From: Candidatus Parcubacteria bacterium
Lineage (GTDB): Bacteria; Patescibacteriota; Patescibacteriia; Patescibacteriales; UBA12465
DNA length: 64,000 bases
Assembly: GCA_037076615.1 (NCBI GenBank)
Contig: AP029158.1
Span: forward strand, 133,470 to 197,469
Direction of reading: 5' to 3'
Made by a program: the position numbers and the translations under genes. Positions 45,510-54,316 of this stretch are shown here, piece after piece. The notes under the pieces are model-generated. The model was not told the DNA's origin. It did no database searches and saw only the letters and a list, made by a program, of their open reading frames with translations. The first letter of the stretch is position 1. Every line of letters starts with the position of its first letter.

Positions 45510-46123
45510 ACATTTATCTCGCTCGTCATGGCCAAGATGAAGATAACTTCAATGGTATTTTAAATGGTCATCGCAACAACCCTCTAACGGAGTTAGGTCA
45601 AACTCAAGCGCAAACTCTCGCCGCTCACATTAAAGAACAGGGTTTATCTTTTGAAAAAATTTATGCCTCGCCTTTGCGCCGTGCTCACCAAACCGCGCAA
45701 ATTGTGGCGGCCGCTTTAGATTATCCGGAACCAACAGTGGAGCCTGATTTAATTGAGAGAGATTTTGGAGTGATGACGGGTAAAAAAATTTCCGAGATTG
45801 AAACGCTTCATCCCGATGAAATTTTTCATAGTAATGGCGTGACCTACTTTTTATCAGCCGAAGGCTCAGAAACTTTACCAGAAGCCTTAGAGCGAGCAAA
45901 AGGATTTTTAGCTAAGCTCCGCGCGGCGCACCCGGAAGGAGGTAATATTCTATTGGTCACTCATGGTGATTTTAGCAAGATGATGTTTGCTGCTTTTTAT
46001 GATTTACCTTGGAAAGAAGCTTTACAGTCTTTTCATTTTGGTAACTCCGAGCTTATACTTTTAGCGCCTGGCTTGAACCCGGACGAGGCGCACATTTTTA
46101 AAGTTGAACAATTCAATAAATAA
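45503..46123 (+). CDS. Histidine phosphatase (phosphoglycerate mutase family)
   Basis: RHGQ catalytic motif near the N-terminus and a later THG motif (LVTHGDF). Confidence 0.75.
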   Translation: MLNIYLARHGQDEDNFNGILNGHRNNPLTELGQTQAQTLAAHIKEQGLSFEKIYASPLRRAHQTAQIVAAALDYPEPTVEPDLIERDFGVMTGKKISEIETLHPDEIFHSNGVTYFLSAEGSETLPEALERAKGFLAKLRAAHPEGGNILLVTHGDFSKMMFAAFYDLPWKEALQSFHFGNSELILLAPGLNPDEAHIFKVEQFNK

Positions 46124-46175
46124 ATTTTCCATCAAAAAAGACCTCCTGTTTTCCAGAAGGTCTTTTTTTGTTTAT

Positions 46176-46814
46176 TTACTCCAGACAACAATCAATCACT
46201 TTTCTGACTAAGTCGCCGAGCTTACTTCCAATATTTTTTTTCTTCTCTGGTTCATTTTGATCAACCTCTTTGATCTCCGCTTTAACAGTTTCTTCAGTCT
46301 CAACTTTATTCGGTTCTGTCGCCGCCGGGACGGCCTCTTCATCTTTTGTCCCCAACTGTTCGTGCTGATTTAAAATGCCGTCATCAATTTTTTTTAAATC
46401 ATCGGTCTGAACTAGTTTCATGTTTAAACCCCAGAATAAAGAATAGAGTTCGTAGGCCTTGTTGAACATATCCTCGGCCTCGTCTTTCTTGCCTCGGCCT
46501 TGAGCTTTAGTCCCCACTTCCATGAGCCGGTAAGAGGCTGCTAATAAATGTTTAGAGATGCACCAAACTTCACCTTCATATTCTTTAATAATTTTCTTTA
46601 ACAATTCTTTGCGCATCTCTCGAATCTCGTTCAACAAATCGTAGTATTTAGGATTACCAGTTTTCGCGCCCGTAAAGAAAAAGTGCTCTTCAATAGAAAC
46701 TAAATTCATAATCGCAATCGTTAAATCTTGATCGCTAGATAAATCAAGTTTATGATCTTTCTTTAAATCATCAAACTTTTTAATCATTTCCTCTAAGGCT
46801 AATTTTTTAGTCAT
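46176..46814 (-). CDS. Hypothetical helical protein (212 aa)
   Basis: Last gene of a three-gene minus-strand string. No motif recognised. Confidence 0.45.
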   Translation of the reverse strand: MTKKLALEEMIKKFDDLKKDHKLDLSSDQDLTIAIMNLVSIEEHFFFTGAKTGNPKYYDLLNEIREMRKELLKKIIKEYEGEVWCISKHLLAASYRLMEVGTKAQGRGKKDEAEDMFNKAYELYSLFWGLNMKLVQTDDLKKIDDGILNQHEQLGTKDEEAVPAATEPNKVETEETVKAEIKEVDQNEPEKKKNIGSKLGDLVRKVIDCCLE

Positions 46815-46818
46815 ATAA

Positions 46819-47334
46819 TTATTTGGTTACAAAGTAGAAGATGAGGCTGAAAAAAGTGAGGGCGCCGAAAGGCATCACTACTTTTTGAAAAGGGAAGTAG
46901 GCTTTGTCGTTGTTTTCTTTTTTAAGGTAAACGTAAAGAACGCTCATCACCCAAAAAACTAAACCGCCCAAAATAGTTCCTAGTAAAACCTTATCTACTC
47001 CCCAAAGTTTATTCAAGGGGTGCCCTAAAAATCCTTGCGTATTTAAGGGCCAAGCAATTAGAGCGATGAATAATAAAATGGTGCCACACTTAACGGCGGG
47101 CCAGAATTTTTTTTGTCCTAACTTCAACCGCAACCAATTGATTGTCCACATAATCATGGCGACAGTTAAACCGCCGATCCAAAGGCCGGTGATACTGTCG
47201 TCAATGCCCAAGCGCCGGGAAAGACCTAATCCGGCCCCGACGGCCACTACACAAACCGGACAAACGGCTTGTGCGGCCGGCGCCCAACTAAGAGCAGCTA
47301 GGGTTAAGAGTCCAATTGTGGTTTGTTTTTTCAT
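46819..47334 (-). CDS. Membrane protein with an N-terminal CPVC motif
   Basis: Signal-like N-terminus, then AVCPVCVVAVGAGLG at the start of the first of several TM helices. Confidence 0.5.
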   Translation of the reverse strand: MKKQTTIGLLTLAALSWAPAAQAVCPVCVVAVGAGLGLSRRLGIDDSITGLWIGGLTVAMIMWTINWLRLKLGQKKFWPAVKCGTILLFIALIAWPLNTQGFLGHPLNKLWGVDKVLLGTILGGLVFWVMSVLYVYLKKENNDKAYFPFQKVVMPFGALTFFSLIFYFVTK

Positions 47335-47681
47335 ATTTTCTTATCTTGGAAATACTTAATGATATCAACATCGCCAAGATAGCAAGTTTCGCCATCATAG
47401 AATAAAGGCACCCCTCTTTGGTCAGGCTCAATCCCGCAGCGTTCGGCAGTTGCATTAAACATTTGCGCATTCTGCGGATTTTGTGAAACTTCTAGGGTGG
47501 TAAAATCCACGTAGTCCGTAATTTTATTTTCCACAACAAAGTCCTCAACATTCTGACAGTGCGGACAACTATCACTGGTATATAAAACTTTATTCGGCTG
47601 AGTTTTGGCCAGCAGGGCGGCTAAACCAATTAAGACAAAGGCCGCGACAACTGATAGCGTTATCTTGACGGATTTTTTCAT
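47331..47681 (-). CDS. Membrane-anchored thioredoxin/glutaredoxin-fold protein
   Basis: N-terminal anchor and CPHC active site. 4-nt overlap with the downstream gene. Confidence 0.65.
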   Translation of the reverse strand: MKKSVKITLSVVAAFVLIGLAALLAKTQPNKVLYTSDSCPHCQNVEDFVVENKITDYVDFTTLEVSQNPQNAQMFNATAERCGIEPDQRGVPLFYDGETCYLGDVDIIKYFQDKKI

Positions 47682-47787
47682 AATAATTATAAAATTATTT
47701 AATTTTTAGAGTCATTATTATACTATAAAATCAGAATTTTCAAAATACCGAAAAAGAGAGCAGCCGCGTGGCTGCTTTCTTGATAAT

Positions 47788-49545
47788 TTACTGATAGTGC
47801 TCAATTTTTTCTTGAAGCTCGGCAATGAACTCGTCCTTATTAATTTCGCGGGCCTCCCGCTGGCCGCGATCACGAACCGCCAGGACAGCGGAACCAACTT
47901 CTTTATCGCCGATAACTAACATGTAAGGCACTTTCTCATTGACCGCTTTTCTAATTTTGTTGCCGACGGTTTCGTTAGAATCATCAACTTCCACGCGGAT
48001 GCCTTGAGCTCTTAGTTCCGTTTCTAGCTGCTGACAGTAAGAGAGGTGGGCGCTGGAGACCGAAACAATCTTTACTTGCACCGGAGACAGCCAGGCCGGG
48101 AAAGCGCCGGCATAGTGCTCAATGATAACTCCTAAAAATCTCTCAATGGAGCCGAGTAGGGCGCGGTGAATAACTACCGGTGTTTTGGCACTGCCATCAG
48201 CATCGGTATATTTTAATTCAAAGCGCTGGGGCAACTGAAAGTCTAATTGAACAGTGGCCAATTGCCACTGTCGGCCAATCGCGTCTTTTACTTTGACGTC
48301 AATTTTTGGGCCATAAAAAGCGCCATCGCCTTCATTAATTTTGTAATCTAATTTGGCGTTCTCTAAGGCTTGTTTTAAATCGGCTTCCGCTTCATCCCAA
48401 ACTTCCTTTTCGCCTAAAAACTTTTCTGGACGCGTGGAGAGATGAATCTCATCAATCTTTAAGTCAAAAATTGTGTAGATGTTTTTTACCTTGGCGAGTA
48501 GTTCGGCAATCTCCTCTAAAATTTGCTCGGGGCGGGCAAAGATATGGCAATCGTCTTGCGACAAAGAGCGCACCCGGGTTAGCCCGTGGAGAGTTCCGGA
48601 TTTTTCATTACGATACAAAGTGCTTGTTTCCGCTAAGCGTAAAGGCAGATCGCGATAAGAATGGAGGTCGCGTTTAAAAACCAGCATGTGCGCCGGGCAA
48701 TTCATCGGCTTAACACCGATATCAATATTGTCTTCGGCGTGGTGCAGGCAAAACATATCTTCTTGATAATGATCCCAATGACCGGAAATTTTCCATAGTT
48801 CGGCATTTAACAGTTGGGGGGTGCGCACTTCTTTATAACCCTCGCCATAAGAAAAAGTTCGGATAAATTTGGTTAACTCTTGGAGCAAGATCATCCCTTT
48901 AGGTAAGAAGAAGGGCATGCCCGGAGCGACTTCATGGTTCATAAATAAATCTAACTCTTTGCCTAATTTGCGATGATCTCTTTTCTCCGCCTCTGCCTGC
49001 ATGGTTAAGTAATCATCAAGTTCCTGTTTGGTATTAAAAGCCAAACCGTAAATCCGAGTGAGCATGCGATTTTTTTCGTCGCCCCGCCAATAAGCGCCAG
49101 CCAACTTTTCTAATTTAAAGCTACCGGCAGCAATTTCTTTAGTGTTGGCCACATGAGGACCGCGACAGAGATCGGTAAATTCACCGACACTATAAAAACT
49201 GACGGTTGTTTCGCCGGCACTTTTTAAGTCGGCAATCAGTTCTTCTTTGTAAGGATGTTTTTCTTCTTGGGCTTCAGCTAAAGCGGCCTCAATATTTTTT
49301 TCACTGCGAGTAAAACTTAAATTTTGTTTAACCAAATGAACCATTCTTTTCTCCAGTTCTTTTAAATCGGCTTCGACGATTTTCGTTTCCCCAAAATCAA
49401 TATCGTAATAGAAGCCAGTATCGATAGCTGGGCCGATTGCCAATTGGGCGTGGGGGTATTTTTCAATTACCGCTAGCGCCAAAAGATGGGCGAGTGAATG
49501 TCGCTTGGTCGAGGCTGAATCGACGGGAAGATTTTTTTTAGACAT
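47788..49545 (-). CDS. thrS: Threonyl-tRNA synthetase (short form lacking the N-terminal TGS region)
   Basis: Begins in the editing/SAD region (HSLAHLLALA), followed by a class II catalytic core and anticodon-binding domain. Confidence 0.9.
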   Translation of the reverse strand: MSKKNLPVDSASTKRHSLAHLLALAVIEKYPHAQLAIGPAIDTGFYYDIDFGETKIVEADLKELEKRMVHLVKQNLSFTRSEKNIEAALAEAQEEKHPYKEELIADLKSAGETTVSFYSVGEFTDLCRGPHVANTKEIAAGSFKLEKLAGAYWRGDEKNRMLTRIYGLAFNTKQELDDYLTMQAEAEKRDHRKLGKELDLFMNHEVAPGMPFFLPKGMILLQELTKFIRTFSYGEGYKEVRTPQLLNAELWKISGHWDHYQEDMFCLHHAEDNIDIGVKPMNCPAHMLVFKRDLHSYRDLPLRLAETSTLYRNEKSGTLHGLTRVRSLSQDDCHIFARPEQILEEIAELLAKVKNIYTIFDLKIDEIHLSTRPEKFLGEKEVWDEAEADLKQALENAKLDYKINEGDGAFYGPKIDVKVKDAIGRQWQLATVQLDFQLPQRFELKYTDADGSAKTPVVIHRALLGSIERFLGVIIEHYAGAFPAWLSPVQVKIVSVSSAHLSYCQQLETELRAQGIRVEVDDSNETVGNKIRKAVNEKVPYMLVIGDKEVGSAVLAVRDRGQREAREINKDEFIAELQEKIEHYQ

Positions 49546-49771
49546 AAATTTTTATTTAAGAGAACCGTGGTTTTAATTGGGTTTAAAAAACCCGCCTCGG
49601 TATCAGCATAAGCTAAACTTATGCAGTTACCGGGACGGGATTTATATCTCGCGGTTCCACCCGATTTTTAAACGGCCTTAATGAAACCGTTTAACTCTTT
49701 TTATTTGTTTGCCTCTTTAGCAATTAGGCCATTTGGGTGGCGCCGGCTTGGTAGACCGGCCAATCAGAAGC
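49546..49771 (-). promoter_or_regulatory. T-box riboswitch leader of thrS
   Basis: The minus strand carries the T-box sequence AAATCGGGTGGAACCGCGAG (plus coordinates 49648-49667), preceded by the stem TTAAACGG/CCGTTTAA. Terminator arms CCCGTCCCGGTA/TACCGAGGCGGG plus T6. Candidate specifier ACC sits in the loop of GCCGG-TCTACCAAG-CCGGC. Confidence 0.75.
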
Positions 49772-49777
49772 AGTTTT

Positions 49778-49805
49778 ATTATATCAATAACTTCAGCTTT
49801 TTCAA
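49778..49805 (-). promoter_or_regulatory. Promoter for the thrS leader
   Basis: On the minus strand: TTGAAA (plus coordinates 49800-49805), 16-nt spacer, TATAAT (49778-49783). Confidence 0.5.
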
Positions 49806-49814
49806 GAGCTTAAG

Positions 49815-51098
49815 TTATTTTAAATTAATTTGGTAAATGTTGCCGGTGCGACTGTCAGAGAAGGTGAGCTGATTTTGATTATCATCGACCACTACCTGAT
49901 TGATATTATATTTACCATCAGGAATAGCGATTAAAGTGCGCGTGCCGTTTTGGAGATTGATTTTATAAATTTCGTCATGGCTATTAGCCGCTACGGCGCG
50001 GAAAATACCGGAACCCTCTTCTAGCTCGGTGGGGACGGCGCAATAAATTTCGGTGTTGGTGGCAAAAGTACATTTGTCTGCCCACGTATTAAGGCCTAAG
50101 CTTTGGCGGCCCTCGCTAATCCTGTCACCTTGGGCTTCAACAATCCAGAGCAGAGGTTTTAGGTCGCTTTTTGAATTATAAACACTGTAGAGTAAGCGAT
50201 CGCCAGTTTGTGACCAAGTGTAGTTTAAGCCGCGCCCCTCAACAATCGTTGATTTAAAATTCTCGCCATGGAGACCGACAAAAAATACTTCTTGGCGATC
50301 AAAGTCCAATCCGCGCGCATAAGTTGCGACAATCTGATTGTTTGGTGACCAGCCCGGTTGGACCTTATCGGCGTTAGTGCCAATCTCTTCCAAATTATAA
50401 ACTTGCGAACCATCGTCTGCGGCGACCGTTAAAAAGCGGTTGCCCGGATCAAGACCGATGCTTTTGGTTATTATCTGATCGCTCTGCGGTGAAAAAGAAA
50501 ATTCTTCCCAATGAGCGGGGAAGCTCACTTGTTTTTCCTTTTCAAAATTATATAAAATTTTACTGTTATCCGGATATTCTAAGACTGCTTTTTTCCCGTC
50601 TGGCGCCCAGGTCACATCTTGAACGCTATAAAAAATTTCATCGCTAATTTTTTCGGTTTTACCATCAGCGCCTAAACGGTAGAAGTAGCCATCGTCAGCA
50701 TTGTAATATTGAATACCGCTACTGCTTTTGGTCAGGCCGATGGTCGGATCGTTAACAATTAAATTAACTTTAGTGACACCGCCAAGGGCTTGGGCAGAAG
50801 GCTCATTCGGATCGGGGGGCAGGGTATCTCCCGGTCGCCAAGGAGTCACAGAAAGATTGTCTTCACTGTCTGGTAAATTCCCGGTCGTGCTGGTTCCGGT
50901 CTGGCTTTCGCTTTCGCCGGCACTCGGTAAAGTCCCGGTCGCGATCTCTCCAGGCACTAATGTCTCCGGCTCTTTATTGACTAAAGCGCCACTAAAAAAG
51001 ACGCGATAGAGTAGATAGCCTAAAAGGGTAGTGGCCAAGATGAAGCCAATGACGAGGAAAAATCTTTTTTGCTTTTCAGGTCGGGCCATATTTTTCAA
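49815..51098 (-). CDS. Membrane-anchored beta-propeller protein (TolB/PD40-like repeats)
   Basis: N-terminal TM helix, low-complexity linker, then repeated W.PDG/W.P motifs (VTWAPDGKKAVL, GWSPNNQIVA, YTWSQTGDRLLY). Confidence 0.5.
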   Translation of the reverse strand: MKNMARPEKQKRFFLVIGFILATTLLGYLLYRVFFSGALVNKEPETLVPGEIATGTLPSAGESESQTGTSTTGNLPDSEDNLSVTPWRPGDTLPPDPNEPSAQALGGVTKVNLIVNDPTIGLTKSSSGIQYYNADDGYFYRLGADGKTEKISDEIFYSVQDVTWAPDGKKAVLEYPDNSKILYNFEKEKQVSFPAHWEEFSFSPQSDQIITKSIGLDPGNRFLTVAADDGSQVYNLEEIGTNADKVQPGWSPNNQIVATYARGLDFDRQEVFFVGLHGENFKSTIVEGRGLNYTWSQTGDRLLYSVYNSKSDLKPLLWIVEAQGDRISEGRQSLGLNTWADKCTFATNTEIYCAVPTELEEGSGIFRAVAANSHDEIYKINLQNGTRTLIAIPDGKYNINQVVVDDNQNQLTFSDSRTGNIYQINLK

Positions 51099-51225
51099 AA
51101 AAACTTAATAAAAAAATGGGTCTCACTTTTCTTTTCTCTGGTAATATTATATAATACAATCATCTAAGCGGCAAATCATTCGATTGTTTTGGCGATCTTT
51201 GCTTTTAAGCTTTTTTCAATATTTT

Positions 51226-52290
51226 ATGGGCTTATTTACAAAAACACCGCCTTCTTTTCTTGGCGTGGACATCGGCGATTCTTCCATTAAGATGGTGGAG
51301 TTGGTTCGCAAGGGGAAAAAGATATATTTAAAAAATTATGCTTTTAGTGAAAATCTTAAGGATCTTAAGTTCACTAAAATTGAAGACAGTGCTTATTTAG
51401 CTAAGGCCGTGGCTAAAATTCACACCGATGCCAAGATTGCTTCTCGTCGTGTGACGGCCTCTTTACCGACCTTCGTCGTCTTCTCTTCGATTATTACTTT
51501 AAGTGGTGTTGATTCAAAAAATTTACACGAAGCAGTTTTAGAAGAGGCTCGGAAAGTGATTCCTCTGCCTTTAGACGAAATGAAAATTGATTATAAAATT
51601 ATTCCTGATGCCCCGACTGATAAAAAAGACAGCAATGTGCGCGTATTTTTGACCTGTTCGCCGCGCAAGATCGTTCGTAAATATATTGACATTTTTCGGC
51701 AAGCTGACATGGAGTTGGCTTTTTTAGAAACCGAAACTTTTTCACTCGTCCGGTCTTTGGTGGGTAATGACAAAACGACGACGATGATTGTTGAAATTGG
51801 TGCTAACAGTACCGACATCTCCGTGGTTCGCGAAAGCATCCCCGTTTTAAATCGCAGCTTGGAAATTTGCGGCTCCACCTTAACTCAGGCCTTAGCCGAT
51901 TCTTTGGGGATGACTTTTCAACAAGCGGAACAGTTAAAAATGGATTTGTCCCTATCAACCCGTTCCGGAGCTGGTGGCGCGGCTGATGATGGCGATTTTT
52001 CTGGGGTGATTATTAAGGCCTTAGGGCCAATCGTTAGTGAGATAAAGTACATGTTGGATTTTTATAACTCTTCTAATGCCACGCCGGTGGAAAAAATTGT
52101 TTTGTCTGGGGGTGGGGCGCTCTTAGGTGGTCTGCCTGATTATTTAAGTAGCCAGCTTAATTTACAAGTGATTATTGGTGATTCTTTTAGCCGGATTTTG
52201 TATCCTAATGAATTAAAACCAATTATCCATGAGGTCGGTCCGAGTTTGGCTGTGGCGGTCGGCTTGGCGCTACGTGAAGTAGAAAAGTAA
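51226..52290 (+). CDS. pilM: Type IV pilus assembly protein PilM
   Basis: Actin-like ATPase fold with N-terminal FLGVDIGDSSIKMVEL. Start moved to the ATG at 51226. Confidence 0.75.
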   Translation: MGLFTKTPPSFLGVDIGDSSIKMVELVRKGKKIYLKNYAFSENLKDLKFTKIEDSAYLAKAVAKIHTDAKIASRRVTASLPTFVVFSSIITLSGVDSKNLHEAVLEEARKVIPLPLDEMKIDYKIIPDAPTDKKDSNVRVFLTCSPRKIVRKYIDIFRQADMELAFLETETFSLVRSLVGNDKTTTMIVEIGANSTDISVVRESIPVLNRSLEICGSTLTQALADSLGMTFQQAEQLKMDLSLSTRSGAGGAADDGDFSGVIIKALGPIVSEIKYMLDFYNSSNATPVEKIVLSGGGALLGGLPDYLSSQLNLQVIIGDSFSRILYPNELKPIIHEVGPSLAVAVGLALREVEK

Positions 52291-52308
52291 AGTTCGTGAT
52301 TTTTATTT

Positions 52309-53301
52309 ATGTCCGCTTTTAAAAAACCTAAAGCTCATGCCTCTCTCGCTCCGGATTTAGCTTCTAATCCGGAAGTTTTGGAAGTGAACCTGGTGCGCGA
52401 TGAAGTGGCCGTGGAGTTTAATTGGGGTCGCCGTCTTGGTTCGCTATTTTTAGTTTTAGTTTTAGTTGCCGCTTTAGTAGTGGAGATTTATTTTGGGCTT
52501 GATTGGTGGCAAGGACAAGAGAGAACTCAGGCGGAGAAAATTAAGAGTGAGCATTTAGCTGCCACTCAGCAAATAAATAATATTAATAATAATTTTAAAG
52601 ATTTTCTCAATTTTAAAGACAAGGTATCTTTAGTAGAAAAATTAATTGATCAGCATATTTATTGGAGCGATTTTTTCACTTGGTTGGAGCAGAATACCCT
52701 GAACTCTGTCCGTTATGTTGATTTTTCCGGCGATGTCAGTGGGGAATATGCCCTAGCGGCGCAAACCAAAAATTATCGCGATGTCAGTTGGCAAGTGAAA
52801 GCCTTTAAAGATAATCCCTGGGTGGATGAAGTTTCGGTTTCGGCCGCTAACTTAGAAGAGGCGGAGGTTGAGGACTCCAGTCTTAAGGAAGAATGGATAA
52901 ACTTTAGTATTGCTTTAAAAATAAAACCGCAAATTTTTTATCGTCTGCGCTCGCAAATAGAAGCGGCGGATAGCTCTAAACCTGCTCAGAATGGCCTTAA
53001 CCAAACCGATCTTGATTCTGAGAGTCAAGATAATCTTGAGCAAGTGAATCTTAATTCTGAGGGGGGGATCTCTTTTCCTGAGATTAACTCGGCTATCATT
53101 CAGAATGATTTCCTGACCGCTACCGACACTGAAGACATTTTAAGTCCGGAAATTATTGAGATTCCCGAGTCCAACCTGCCGCCCTTAAATGATGAACCGA
53201 TCGCCCCGGAGATCGAAGATTTTGCGCCGGACCGCCCGGGTCTAAACGAAACCGTGATTGAGGGAAACACTGAAGATCCAGTTTTGATTAATTTTGAATA
53301 A
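52309..53301 (+). CDS. PilN-like bitopic pilus assembly protein with a long acidic C-terminal extension
   Basis: Single TM helix after about 45 aa. Assigned by position after pilM. Confidence 0.5.
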   Translation: MSAFKKPKAHASLAPDLASNPEVLEVNLVRDEVAVEFNWGRRLGSLFLVLVLVAALVVEIYFGLDWWQGQERTQAEKIKSEHLAATQQINNINNNFKDFLNFKDKVSLVEKLIDQHIYWSDFFTWLEQNTLNSVRYVDFSGDVSGEYALAAQTKNYRDVSWQVKAFKDNPWVDEVSVSAANLEEAEVEDSSLKEEWINFSIALKIKPQIFYRLRSQIEAADSSKPAQNGLNQTDLDSESQDNLEQVNLNSEGGISFPEINSAIIQNDFLTATDTEDILSPEIIEIPESNLPPLNDEPIAPEIEDFAPDRPGLNETVIEGNTEDPVLINFE

Positions 53302-53307
53302 TTCTTT

Positions 53308-53919
53308 ATGAATTCCGCTCTCGCCAAGAAAAACAAAATAAATACTCTACTTAATCGCTATTTTAATTTGGGCGTTATTGTTCTGGCGATTTTCTTATTA
53401 CTCTTGGCTTATATTCTAGTTTTGCGACCGAAGGCCGATGAAGTTGTTTTATCCGCTCAAGAGACTATTTATTCGCAACAGCGCTTACTTCAAGCCGAGC
53501 AGGCTCGCCTTGATCGATTGACGGCGGCCGTTGAGGCCTATAGCCAAATTAATCCGGTGGACATTGAGCGCGTCAATAATATTTTGCCGAGTGATTATGA
53601 CAAAGAGGCGCTCTTTGGTGAAGTCGAGGAGTTGATTAATAATCAGGGATTTATTTTAACTAGTTTGGTAATTAAAAAAGATACTGATAAGGTTGAAGAT
53701 GCTAGTGTGACTGAAGAAGAGGCGCCCCTCTTACCGGAAATTTCCGAAAATATTGGGACGATTTATTTACAGTTAGAGGTTGCGGCCATTGATTATGCGG
53801 GCCTAAAGAATCTTTTAATTTCCTTAGAAAAGAATTTAAAATTTCTTGAGGTTGCCAATGTTTCTTTATCGGGTGATGATACCGCCTCTTTAACTTTAGT
53901 GACTTATTATTATAAATAA
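53308..53919 (+). CDS. PilO-like pilus assembly protein
   Basis: N-terminal TM helix, coiled-coil segment (QQRLLQAEQARLDRL), C-terminal ferredoxin-like region. Assigned by position. Confidence 0.5.
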   Translation: MNSALAKKNKINTLLNRYFNLGVIVLAIFLLLLAYILVLRPKADEVVLSAQETIYSQQRLLQAEQARLDRLTAAVEAYSQINPVDIERVNNILPSDYDKEALFGEVEELINNQGFILTSLVIKKDTDKVEDASVTEEEAPLLPEISENIGTIYLQLEVAAIDYAGLKNLLISLEKNLKFLEVANVSLSGDDTASLTLVTYYYK

Positions 53920-54309
53920 ATGACTAAAACTCGCCCTTCTTATTTTATCTATTTACTAATCTTCATCCTCTTATTATTAGCGGCGTCTTTATATGTTTGG
54001 CGTGAAGATGTTACCACTTACTTCTTTTCTCGGAGTTTAAAAGTAAACAATAATGCCCTCGCTGCGGCTGATAATCGTTCGGAAGTGATTTCTTTAGACA
54101 TTTTGCGCGATCCGCGCGTTAAATCTTTGACTTCACAAACCAAACTTTTTAATTATTATGATTTAGTGAAAAGTCAGGATTTAATCATTGAACAAAGCCC
54201 GGTAATTAGTTTGCCGCCGACTGAAGAGGGGGGCGCGCCGGTAACTATCATGCCGTCAAGAGTTCGGGTGGGTAATAGTAATCCTTTTGTTAAAAAAGAT
54301 CGACGTTAG
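53920..54309 (+). CDS. Small bitopic protein in the pilus operon
   Basis: N-terminal TM helix. ATG immediately follows the upstream stop. Confidence 0.4.
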   Translation: MTKTRPSYFIYLLIFILLLLAASLYVWREDVTTYFFSRSLKVNNNALAAADNRSEVISLDILRDPRVKSLTSQTKLFNYYDLVKSQDLIIEQSPVISLPPTEEGGAPVTIMPSRVRVGNSNPFVKKDRR

Positions 54310-54316
54310 GAAAATT

